Source: Candidatus Pelagibacter sp. (GTDB lineage Bacteria > Pseudomonadota > Alphaproteobacteria > Paracaedibacterales > CAIOTO01). From it: 64,000 nucleotides of DNA. Location of the stretch: positions 207,231-271,230 of the forward strand of contig PNMQ01000004.1 in assembly GCA_013823725.1 (NCBI GenBank), in the 5' to 3' direction. The position numbers were made by a program, and so were the translations under genes. Under the pieces are notes generated by a model. The model had not been told where the DNA came from. It was given only the letters and a program-made list of their open reading frames with translations, and ran no database searches. Below, one piece after another: positions 10,403 through 19,463 of the stretch (position 1 is the stretch's first letter; every line of letters starts with the position of its first letter).

Positions 10403-11944
10403 TTACTTAAACATTGATAAAAATTTTCGAGAAAATGTTCTAATTTTTTCTTCCAGCTCTCTTATTAAACTATTTTTTTTCCTTACATCTTCTTTTTGAT
10501 TCAGAATTTTAGCGTTAATAGATTGTCTCTCTGCTATTGTTCTTGCTATATAATAATAAAATTTATCATTTTCACTTAATAACGGAATAACCACATCAAC
10601 AGTAATACATAACAAACTAACTTTTGAATCTGCAACAACTGTCGCTGACCGAGGTGCTCCCGTCAGAAGAGACATTTCCCCAAAAAAATCTTCGGGTATT
10701 AAAACTCCAACCTGCTTTTCTCGCCCCTCGTCGTTATTGATAAATACACGAAGAAAGCCTTCTTTAACAATATATAGGCTTTGACCTAGGTCCCCTTGTT
10801 TGCAAACTGTATCACCCTTATTAAACTTAACAAGAGTAGATTTTTGAGTAATATGCTCTATTTTTTTATCATCAAAAACAGCAAATAAATCAACATTCTT
10901 AACCAAATCAACATTAGAAAATGGTTCTCCCGACGAAAATGAGACAACATCTTTTAATTGCTCATTGTGAATGGTATTAAATTTTTTAGAAAGTAAATAA
11001 ATAGAATCATTTAAATTTTTTGAAAATGAGGTTGCAAAAGGTATATTCTCTGATCTGAAAAATCTCATAAGTGCAGCATGGATAAAATGTCTTACTTTTC
11101 CTGGTGCCATTTTATCTGGTCTCAAGAAATACCTAATCTTATAACCCACACCATCTAATGAAGTTGTATCTATACGACACTTATAATCAAAAATGTAATC
11201 AGATGCTGCCACTGAATCTAGAGCAAATAGAGCAACAGTTAAGACTTTTTTTTCATTAATAATGTAAGGAACAATAAATTTTATTTCAAATTCAGCATCC
11301 AGTGTAGGACGACTTAAATTGGTTACAATTGTTGCACCAAAAATGTTGTTAGGTATCTGAAAAAGTTTATTATCTGCAGATTTAACACTAATTACGCGCC
11401 AATTCATTTGAACAATCTGTCCAATAATATCTAAATTATTATGTCTAATGTGTATCCAATTACCCATTTGAAAGGATTTATCCATATCAATAGATATCCC
11501 AACAGACAAGTCCAGAACCATCCTTTGTAGACCAAAACCTAGAACAACACCAAATGCGCCAGTTGCAGCCAAAGCATGCTCTATGGGTTGCTTAAAGACA
11601 AATTTCAAAACACCAAAGATGCAGACTAAATTAATAATTAAGTTAATAATATTAATAAGCAAAGAAGAAAGTGTTACTTTTCTTTTTACTGGAAAATAGT
11701 AATCCCAAATAATATACTTTAAAATTGATGTAAACTGTATTGTAATCATCAATATCGTTGCAGCAAGAAGAAAGGCGTTGGGTGTTATTATAAATCCATT
11801 ATAATCAACTGCTCCTTTTAAAAGATTTTGAAATTTATAATGAATCAAAAAATAAAAAGAAATAATAAGAAAAATTTTTACAAAACTATAAAACACAACA
11901 CGAGCATTGATACTGCGTTGTTCTTTTTCTAATTCGCCCGCCAT
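10403..11944 (-). CDS. MscS-family mechanosensitive channel with C-terminal cNMP-binding domain
   Basis: TM helices, GVVLGFGLQ, F..G.WI, G.I..MNWR, IPNN; C-terminal FFGEMSLLTGAPRSATV phosphate-binding cassette. Confidence 0.9.
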   Translation of the reverse strand: MAGELEKEQRSINARVVFYSFVKIFLIISFYFLIHYKFQNLLKGAVDYNGFIITPNAFLLAATILMITIQFTSILKYIIWDYYFPVKRKVTLSSLLINIINLIINLVCIFGVLKFVFKQPIEHALAATGAFGVVLGFGLQRMVLDLSVGISIDMDKSFQMGNWIHIRHNNLDIIGQIVQMNWRVISVKSADNKLFQIPNNIFGATIVTNLSRPTLDAEFEIKFIVPYIINEKKVLTVALFALDSVAASDYIFDYKCRIDTTSLDGVGYKIRYFLRPDKMAPGKVRHFIHAALMRFFRSENIPFATSFSKNLNDSIYLLSKKFNTIHNEQLKDVVSFSSGEPFSNVDLVKNVDLFAVFDDKKIEHITQKSTLVKFNKGDTVCKQGDLGQSLYIVKEGFLRVFINNDEGREKQVGVLIPEDFFGEMSLLTGAPRSATVVADSKVSLLCITVDVVIPLLSENDKFYYYIARTIAERQSINAKILNQKEDVRKKNSLIRELEEKIRTFSRKFLSMFK

Positions 11945-12035
11945 ACTACCGATCAATATCTTTTTTTTAATTTTCTTCCCAAAAAATTAACATTTCACTA
12001 ATATAGCGTAAGGCTTCTTTTATTCTTTTTAATAC

Positions 12036-12635
12036 CTATTGAATTAGGCTAAAAGAGATTTTTTCATTATTTTCTCTATTTTCTTTATCTTCAAATCTAT
12101 CCAATCTCATCGTTCGAACATAACGTAATGCTTTAGGCAACAACAATTCCTTACGCAATCCGTCACGTAAAACATTCAGCAGAGTATCACACTGAACAAC
12201 ATTATCGTTAGAAACATTGTATTGCTCAATAATACTACAAACGAGTTTGATTTCTTTTCTTGTTCCATATAACTGAATGATTGTAAAAGAACGCTCTAGT
12301 CCGTCTATATACACATTATAGTCAAACGCGTTAGAGTCTCTTCTTAAATATAAAGCTATACCTTCGTAAGCTGTGCTTAAATACTCTATTCTTTTAATTC
12401 TTCTTATATTTTCGTCTGCGTTTCTCAAACTAATAAGCCACCCCAAAATAGCAACACTTATTGTAATAACCGTTAAACCACTTCCTTTTTCATTAGAGTT
12501 TAAAATAAGAGAAATACCATATAGTGAAATACAAGAGCTAGCAATGATAATAAGAGCATATCTCTTCCAATAATTGAAAAAATTTGAAACCGCATTAATG
12601 AAAACATCTTTTTTCTCTGCTAATTCAAAATTCAT
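12036..12635 (-). CDS. Hypothetical membrane protein (2 N-terminal TM helices)
   Basis: 199-aa ORF with RBS (GGAAGG), two hydrophobic segments, then R..RIEYL..AY...IQLYGT. Confidence 0.7.
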   Translation of the reverse strand: MNFELAEKKDVFINAVSNFFNYWKRYALIIIASSCISLYGISLILNSNEKGSGLTVITISVAILGWLISLRNADENIRRIKRIEYLSTAYEGIALYLRRDSNAFDYNVYIDGLERSFTIIQLYGTRKEIKLVCSIIEQYNVSNDNVVQCDTLLNVLRDGLRKELLLPKALRYVRTMRLDRFEDKENRENNEKISFSLIQ

Positions 12636-12645
12636 TTGTACCTTC

Positions 12646-13266
12646 CTACGCTGCGTTTAAGTTATGGCGCCTACTAAAAGCCGTCCATAAAGTACCATCA
12701 TCAAGATAATCTAATTCTCCACCAATAGGTAGACCTTGAGCTAGTGTTGTAATATTAAAATTGTGGTCTGTAAATTTTTCATGAATAGCATTTACAATAA
12801 CGTGCAAAGTAGTTTGACCCTCAATTGTTGCGTTAAGAGCAATAATAATTTCTTGCAAGCTGTTTTGCATATGTGAAATTCGATTTAAAAGCGATTCAAT
12901 ATTAAGCTGAGAAGGCGCTATTCCTTCAGATACAGACAACAATCCCCCCAAGACATGATAACGCCCCTTAAATGTCTGTGAACGCTCTATCGCCCATATA
13001 TCAGATACATCTGCAACGATACACAGTATTGTTTCAGATTTTTTATGATCCACACACACAAAGCATGGATCCTCAATATCTAAGTTATGGCAAATCGAAC
13101 ATGTTTTTATGTTTTCATGAATTGCTTTTAAAGAATCAATAAGTGGCAATAAAATATTCTGCCTATTTTTTAGCAAAAACAAAACTAAACGACGTGCTGA
13201 TCTTGGGCCTAAACCAGGAAGCCTGCTTAGTCTACTGATAATATCTTTAAATTGGGAGCCGATCAT
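12646..13266 (-). CDS. recR: Recombination mediator RecR
   Basis: LPGLGPRSARR HhH, C4 zinc finger, GRYHVLGG, GLPIGGELDYLDDGTL. Confidence 0.97.
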   Translation of the reverse strand: MIGSQFKDIISRLSRLPGLGPRSARRLVLFLLKNRQNILLPLIDSLKAIHENIKTCSICHNLDIEDPCFVCVDHKKSETILCIVADVSDIWAIERSQTFKGRYHVLGGLLSVSEGIAPSQLNIESLLNRISHMQNSLQEIIIALNATIEGQTTLHVIVNAIHEKFTDHNFNITTLAQGLPIGGELDYLDDGTLWTAFSRRHNLNAA

Positions 13267-13339
13267 TTTAATGTATGAAAGAATAAACTATACGATGTTA
13301 ACATAAAAAATTGATTTTATTTTATTTTTTTATACATAA

Positions 13340-14227
13340 CTAAATAGAAATTCTTCTATAAACTTGATTTATACACAAATCGTTACATTTATCTAATATC
13401 AGGTCCGTTTCAAAAAATAAAATTTCTTTATTTGAATCTGTTTTTTCCCTCCGCGAAACCTCATCCATAACATTTTTATGTAAATGCAGAAGGAGATATG
13501 CATCTTCTTGGTTTAACACTCTTCCCACAACACTATCGTTTAAAGCAACACCTGATCCTACCAATTCTTGATCCTTAAAAGATTCGGATTTTAACCAGAC
13601 AACTTCTCTTTTTGCTAATTTTCGGTAATGCATACTAGCTGTTAGCTCTTGCCCTAAATAGCACCCCTTTGAAAAACTAACGGCCTCCCACTGTTCAAAA
13701 CCAAATTCCATAATAAAACTTTTTTCATACAGTAATGCATCGTATCCAAAGGCTATAAAGTTTTGTATACAGGCCTTTTTATACGATCCGTAACCAGCTT
13801 CGTCGCATTTTAATTCTTCTTCGGTGTATATTCTAAAGCCAAGATCTATAGACCTTGGATCAACTGCACCAACACTATTTATGGGACTATCACTCTCAAA
13901 ACATCCATATACATGAATTTGATCTTTTAGCTCCAATGTTACTTTGGATCGAAGTCTAAAGGTTTTCAATTTTAAAAAAATATCTGCTATATGAGCCTTC
14001 ATGCAATCTAAATATAAAACCAGATCTTGACCCGCTTCAGCACTAACACGAAGAACAAAAACATCTGTAATAAATTTACCTTTAGCATTTAAAAAGGCTC
14101 CATATACTATTTTTTTTTCTTCTTTTAGAGGGGAAATATTACAGGTCAGCAATCCTTGTAAAAAGGTAAGACCATCAGGACCAGAAATTTTTATAACAAC
14201 GCGATCATCAAATTTAAACAGAGACAT
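13340..14227 (-). CDS. ygfZ: Folate-binding Fe-S cluster/tRNA-modification protein YgfZ
   Basis: G.D...FLQGLLT, DPR...LGFR, SFSKGCYLGQE signature; start at ATG 14227. Confidence 0.92.
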   Translation of the reverse strand: MSLFKFDDRVVIKISGPDGLTFLQGLLTCNISPLKEEKKIVYGAFLNAKGKFITDVFVLRVSAEAGQDLVLYLDCMKAHIADIFLKLKTFRLRSKVTLELKDQIHVYGCFESDSPINSVGAVDPRSIDLGFRIYTEEELKCDEAGYGSYKKACIQNFIAFGYDALLYEKSFIMEFGFEQWEAVSFSKGCYLGQELTASMHYRKLAKREVVWLKSESFKDQELVGSGVALNDSVVGRVLNQEDAYLLLHLHKNVMDEVSRREKTDSNKEILFFETDLILDKCNDLCINQVYRRISI

Positions 14228-14246
14228 TTCATTCCTTTTTTTGATT

Positions 14247-15965
14247 TTATTTTTTAGTAGCCATTTTAAGCGCAATTGCCGCTTTTTTTGCTTCTTCTGT
14301 CACATCTTCACCTGCTAACATTCTAGCAATTTCTGCACTTTTCATTTCTTCATCCAAGCTTTCAACATAACTTACAGTTTGATTATTGACATTAGACTTT
14401 TGTACAAACCAATGACAATCTCCCCAGACAGCAACCTGAGGAGCGTGGGTAATACATAACACCTGTTGATTTTTAGATAAATTATATAATTTGCGACCAA
14501 TCGCAGATGCAACAGCACCACCTACTCCAATATCTATTTCATCAAAAATAATTGTTGGTGTTTCAAACGCATGAGAAAGAATTGTTTTTAAAATCAAAGT
14601 AAGTCGTGCCATTTCTCCACCCGAAGCCACCTTAGCCAATGGCTGCAAAGACTGTCCCGAATTCATGGCAACTAAAAAATCAATTTTATGTCCCCCATCG
14701 AATTTCAACCCAACGTCAGATTCTGTCTGACCCATAAAGTCTTTACTAACACTAACTTCAAATGACGCATTTTCCAATTTTAAGTCTGGCAGTTGCGACA
14801 TAACCAACGAAGAAAGATTTTTGGCAAAGAAAACTCTTTTCTCAAACAAATCCTTTTCTAAAAGAAAATATTCTTGATTGTTCTGATCTATTTTCTGACA
14901 GATTTGTTTAAAATCCAATTCATCTTTTCCTTCAGATTCCAAAGCTAACAAACTATTTTGGTAAAGCTCTGATAATTCACTTGTAGTACACTGAAATTCT
15001 CTTGCTAAGTGTCTTAAATGAAAGAGTTCTTCCTCTATTTTTTCAACTTCATTAGCTGCATCTAAATTAAGTTGATATAAAGATTTTAATTCGGATTCGA
15101 CCTCCTTTAATTCTATACAAGCCCTATCCAAACCATCAAAAGCATTTTGCATTTCTTTAAATAATGCAAGATCACATTTTTCTAAACTTTTTTGAAACCC
15201 ATAAAGCATTTGAATAATATTCGGTGACCCGTCTAATCCCTTTAAAACATCTTTAACCACATGTGTGATCTTAGCTAGATTTTGTAAGGCAAATCTTTTT
15301 TGTATTAAATCTTCCTCACGTTCTGGATTTAAATTTACACCACTTAAAGCTTCAACTACTTTTTGATTGTGCTTGATATGTTCTTTTTGGCTTTGTATTT
15401 TATTTTTGATTTCTGCTTTTTCAACTAAAAGCTGTTTGCCATTTTCGTACGAAAGATGAAGTTTTTTTTTAATCTCTAAATATTCTGCGCTCTCTTGTGA
15501 AGCAAAAGTATCTAGGGTTTTTTTATAAAAACTTTCTTTCATAACATGATTGTTTTGTCCATGAACATGAACCATAATTTCTGCGATTTGTTTTAAAACA
15601 GAAGAAGAAACTGGAACATCATTAATAAATGCTTTGCTTTTTTTTGACGCTGACAAAATCCGTTTGATCGTTATTTCTTCAGTTTTTTCTTGTTCATTAA
15701 GAATTCCATGTTCTAACAAAAGATCTAACAAAAAAGATTTTTCATCACAGGTCGAAACATCAAAACAGAGAACGACGACAGATTGCGTGGAATACGGACC
15801 AATAGCACTATAATCGGTCACTTGACCTAAAGCGCATAACAGTGCGTCCATGATTACGGATTTACCTGAACCTGTTTCTCCTGTGATGACGGTTAAGCCC
15901 TTTTCAACATCAAGATCTAAAGACTGTATTAGAACGAAATTTTGAACAAAGAGACGAGATATCAT
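14247..15965 (-). CDS. recN: DNA repair protein RecN
   Basis: ITGETGSGKS Walker A, ASGGEMAR signature, IFDEIDIGVGG, QVLCITHAPQVA. Confidence 0.97.
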   Translation of the reverse strand: MISRLFVQNFVLIQSLDLDVEKGLTVITGETGSGKSVIMDALLCALGQVTDYSAIGPYSTQSVVVLCFDVSTCDEKSFLLDLLLEHGILNEQEKTEEITIKRILSASKKSKAFINDVPVSSSVLKQIAEIMVHVHGQNNHVMKESFYKKTLDTFASQESAEYLEIKKKLHLSYENGKQLLVEKAEIKNKIQSQKEHIKHNQKVVEALSGVNLNPEREEDLIQKRFALQNLAKITHVVKDVLKGLDGSPNIIQMLYGFQKSLEKCDLALFKEMQNAFDGLDRACIELKEVESELKSLYQLNLDAANEVEKIEEELFHLRHLAREFQCTTSELSELYQNSLLALESEGKDELDFKQICQKIDQNNQEYFLLEKDLFEKRVFFAKNLSSLVMSQLPDLKLENASFEVSVSKDFMGQTESDVGLKFDGGHKIDFLVAMNSGQSLQPLAKVASGGEMARLTLILKTILSHAFETPTIIFDEIDIGVGGAVASAIGRKLYNLSKNQQVLCITHAPQVAVWGDCHWFVQKSNVNNQTVSYVESLDEEMKSAEIARMLAGEDVTEEAKKAAIALKMATKK

Positions 15966-16007
15966 AAAAACAACCTTTTTTAAAAAAGAGCGTTTAGTTC
16001 TCTTTCT

Positions 16008-16856
16008 TTACTTTTTAATTTTTAAAGTTTCTTTTTTGGGCTTCGACTCAAAAACAGATAACGGCTCCGATTTTATAAGAGCATAAGCATCCTTGTACCA
16101 AGAACTATTTGGATAATTGTGACCCAAAACAGATGCGTATTTTTGTGCCTCTCCATTTAAGCCCAGCATCATACAAACTTCTGTGGCCCTAAACAATGCT
16201 TCTTGAACTTGTGCTGTGCTTTGGTATTCTTTAATCACATATTTAAAACGGTTTAGCGCAGCGATATAAGATTTTTTCTTTAAATAAAAACGCCCAACAG
16301 CCATTTCTTTTGCTGCCAAATGATCTTGAATCAAAGAAATTTTCAATGTAGCATCCTTGGAATAATCAGAAGATTTAAATCTCGACACAACCTCTTGAAA
16401 GGCCTCTAATGCCTTTGCTGTTGGTTCCTGGTCTCTTTCAACTATTGGAATTTGTTCGTAATAACAAAGACCTATCATGTAATACGCATAGGCCACATCA
16501 CCATGACCCGGGTGTAGTTGAACAAATGATTTAAAACCATCAATTGCATCGTCATAGCGTTTTGCCTGGTAGTAACAATACGAAGACATGAGTTGTGCCT
16601 TTAAAGCCCAGTTTGAGTAAGGGTGTTGGCGCTCTACATCAGCAAATGCTTTTGCCGCCTTTGTGTAGCTTTGTTCTTTAAAAAGATCGTGAGCTTGCAC
16701 ATACAGATCTTCAACAGGCTGATCCAGTAAATCGTCTGATTCGGTTTGACACCCAACCAAAAATAAAAGCCCCATCAAAAAACTTACATTTCTAAATCCA
16801 GATACAAGATTGTTTTTTGTGTTTAAAGGAAAGTAAATCATTATTCGCAACAACAA
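16008..16856 (-). CDS. bamD: Outer membrane protein assembly factor BamD
   Basis: Lipobox LVGC, VERQHPYS.WA, RDQ..T, LAAKEM.VGRFY, VLGHNYP.S.WY; upstream of recN as usual; true start probably downstream. Confidence 0.95.
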   Translation of the reverse strand: MLLRIMIYFPLNTKNNLVSGFRNVSFLMGLLFLVGCQTESDDLLDQPVEDLYVQAHDLFKEQSYTKAAKAFADVERQHPYSNWALKAQLMSSYCYYQAKRYDDAIDGFKSFVQLHPGHGDVAYAYYMIGLCYYEQIPIVERDQEPTAKALEAFQEVVSRFKSSDYSKDATLKISLIQDHLAAKEMAVGRFYLKKKSYIAALNRFKYVIKEYQSTAQVQEALFRATEVCMMLGLNGEAQKYASVLGHNYPNSSWYKDAYALIKSEPLSVFESKPKKETLKIKK

Positions 16857-16939
16857 AGGTTTTTTCTATTCATACCATATTTAAATCCAGAACGCTATGT
16901 GAAAGACAATAATACCATACAGTCAAATACTTGCTCGCT

Positions 16940-17626
16940 TCAAAAAAGCAGAGGAGACACGTTAAATGTAACGACGATGTGATTTTTTTCTGAAACAGAA
17001 AAAACAAGATAGTCAAAAGAAAAGACCTTTTTTGCGTCATCTATTTCATCTTTAAAAGAAGGTCCTTTTAAATAAACCCCATACGCACTACTTTTTAGTA
17101 AATTGCTGTTTTTGATTTTCTTTGAAAAATCATGCCCTTTGTTTACCAGAATTTCCTCAACGTTTAAAAGTTGAACATCCTCATGTTGTCGAGACTCTGA
17201 AAGTTCATGTTGTACTTTCAGAAGATTTTTCAAGGCCGAAAAGCCTCGTGCACAAAAATATGCGTATCTTTGCTTCAAACCAAACACATCTTCATTCAGC
17301 ACTTTTCCTGGCAAATGAAGATGGTGAAGCATATATTTTAAAAATGAAGCTTTTTTAGAAATGATTTCACACATATGTGGCGTCAAACCCAATAGGGGTA
17401 AAATAAGTCCAGGAAAACCATTTCCCGAACCTATATCAAGAATTGGAGCATCTTTGGGGAAGAATTGTGCCAAGAGTACTGATTCATAAATATGACGTTC
17501 CCATAAATCTGTGCTATCTCCTTTTGAAATAAGATTATGGGTTTTATTCCATAGGGAAAACTCTTCAATGAAAGTAGTAAATTTTGTTTCTTGTTCTGTT
17601 GTTAATAAAAGTAAGTTTTGTTTCAT
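16940..17626 (-). CDS. rsmG: 16S rRNA m7G527 methyltransferase RsmG (GidB)
   Basis: WNKTHNLIS, W.RHI.ES, LDIGSGNGFPG, KKASFL, ARGF, LKG. Confidence 0.92.
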   Translation of the reverse strand: MKQNLLLLTTEQETKFTTFIEEFSLWNKTHNLISKGDSTDLWERHIYESVLLAQFFPKDAPILDIGSGNGFPGLILPLLGLTPHMCEIISKKASFLKYMLHHLHLPGKVLNEDVFGLKQRYAYFCARGFSALKNLLKVQHELSESRQHEDVQLLNVEEILVNKGHDFSKKIKNSNLLKSSAYGVYLKGPSFKDEIDDAKKVFSFDYLVFSVSEKNHIVVTFNVSPLLF

Positions 17627-17965
17627 GTTGATTTTGTTTTGTTTTTATCTTCTTGACCTTATCAAAAAAAAACAAAGCTTTCTCTAAAAAAATAAAAAAG
17701 GTTTATCTATATATTAATATATTATTTATTATGTTGTTTTTAGAGGGGGTGTTGAAGAGTGTGCAAAACTATTAACGAAAAATTAACCTTTGTCTTTTGT
17801 TAAGGATTTGTTAACCTTTTCACAGCTTTTTGATTCATGAGTTTCAATTGATAATGGGGAAACCGATGTGGACAAAGGGTGAGTTGTTAGACTCTATTTA
17901 TTCAAAGTTTATCTTGTTGATTGTTTCAACGTTTATATTAAGGCTTCATTAAATAGTTTTCCACA
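17627..17965. other. oriC: Probable chromosomal replication origin (oriC)
   Basis: AT-rich stretch ~17700-17740; DnaA-like boxes 17760-17768, 17816-17824, 17867-17875, 17957-17965; two TTAA-N7-TTAAC boxes; GANTC at 17832 and 17890; flanked by rsmG and aroE; spot counts suggest C>G before and G>C after. Confidence 0.7.
17772..17815. promoter_or_regulatory. Two tandem CtrA-consensus boxes
   Basis: TTAAcgaaaaaTTAAC (17772-17787) and TTAAggatttgTTAAC (17800-17815), both followed by CTTT. Confidence 0.65.
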
Positions 17966-18856
17966 TTGGTTTTTAAAAGGATTTCGGCTTTGAGTATTGC
18001 AAAAAAAGTCTCTTTAGGTGTTTTTGGTAAGAATATTTCCTACTCTCTTTCTCCTGTTGTTTATGATGCGTGGTTTAACCATTTTAATATTAGTGGTCAT
18101 TGTTCCTTGATTCAAAAAAACATGTTTGATTTTGAGGAAGTTTCTTTGGAATTTAGTAAGTATTATGGCTGGGCCATCACTGTGCCCTACAAAGAAAAAA
18201 TTGTTGAATGGCTTAAAACACACCCTTCTGCATCGTGGGACAGTTGGGTTGAGGAACTAGGCGTTGCCAATATCATAAAAAACAAAGAAGATTGCGTGGT
18301 GGCCACTAATACAGACGCTTTGGCTCTTGGTTTTTTTCTTTCTCAAAATGATTTTACTGAAAAGCTAAAGTTTTCTAAAAACGTATTGATTTTAGGTGGA
18401 GGGGGTGTTGCTAAAACATCGGAGGCTGTGCTGAAAAGAATCATGCCAGAGCAGAGGTCTTTCAACATTTACATGGCCCAGCGAAATCTTGTGGGTAAGG
18501 ACTGTAAAAACAATATATCTCTCTATGATTTCAAAACAATGGAAAAAATAGGTTTTGATGTGATTATTAATGCCACTCCTATGGGAACATCAAGAAATGA
18601 AGAGCATCATGTTTTGACGGAAATTAGTGCGGTTTTGAAGCAGAATAAAGGATCACTTGTCATAGACTGGGCGTACGATGTGACCCCTACATTTTGGGAC
18701 TGTTGGACCAAACAAGAGGATGTTCTGTTTTTGGGTGGCACTGATTTGTTAATACAGCAAGCAGCCTTTGCTTTTGAATTTTGGTTTGGGCTTGTTCCGC
18801 CTTTGTTTTTAGCAAAACAAGCCATTGAAAGCGCTATAAGCAAAACAGAGGTTTAG
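17966..18856 (+). CDS. aroE: Shikimate dehydrogenase
   Basis: G..ISYSLSP, TVPYKE, NTD, LILGGGGVA, IINATPMG, G.DLLIQQAA.AFE.WFG; start uncertain. Confidence 0.9.
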   Translation: MVFKRISALSIAKKVSLGVFGKNISYSLSPVVYDAWFNHFNISGHCSLIQKNMFDFEEVSLEFSKYYGWAITVPYKEKIVEWLKTHPSASWDSWVEELGVANIIKNKEDCVVATNTDALALGFFLSQNDFTEKLKFSKNVLILGGGGVAKTSEAVLKRIMPEQRSFNIYMAQRNLVGKDCKNNISLYDFKTMEKIGFDVIINATPMGTSRNEEHHVLTEISAVLKQNKGSLVIDWAYDVTPTFWDCWTKQEDVLFLGGTDLLIQQAAFAFEFWFGLVPPLFLAKQAIESAISKTEV

Positions 18857-19463
18857 AGAAGCGGGTTTTTCCATAGGTGTGTTTTTTTAACACCGCCACC
18901 ATGGTAGTGCAAAATTGTTTCCATTTTTAAATTAAAGGGTGGCTGTGTTAGGTCAAGGGGTCTCCAACCACCGGGCTGTATTTCTTGGTTTATGGTTTGG
19001 TGGGCTAGTTCTTTTCTGTTTTCAACACAATTTGTGATTAGTACATACTTGAATTTTGACATATACTCTATAAAACTTAAGACTCGGCTATTATCAAGAT
19101 GTTGAAGCACATCTTTGATTATGCATAAATCTGCTGATTCCACCTTTGAAAAGTCACCGTCATACAACTTAAAACAAACGTTTTCTTTGGTGTGTTGAGT
19201 CTTGTTTTTTCAATAACAAAATTTGCAACATCATATCCTGTGTATTGTTTTTCTTCTGGAATCTCTACAAGAGACATGATCTGCCAATCTCCGCATCCTA
19301 CGTCGACAATAGTCTTTATGTCTTTTTGTTTGATGATTTGACTTAGTTTTCTTCTGTCGGCTACTGTGTTTTGAGAGAACGACCCGTCTCCGGACCCCCC
19401 TCTCCAAATATCGTGTTTGTAGATATAGTCAAACTGTTCGTTTAAGTTTACCCCTTCTTTCAT
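18853..19463 (-). pseudogene. Class I SAM-dependent methyltransferase split by a single frameshift
   Basis: Upstream ORF has W.GGSG.GS and VDVGCGDW; downstream ORF has ADLCIIKDVLQHL..WRPLDL..PFN; one extra A in the A6 run (T6 at 19205-19210 on +) joins them. Confidence 0.8.
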
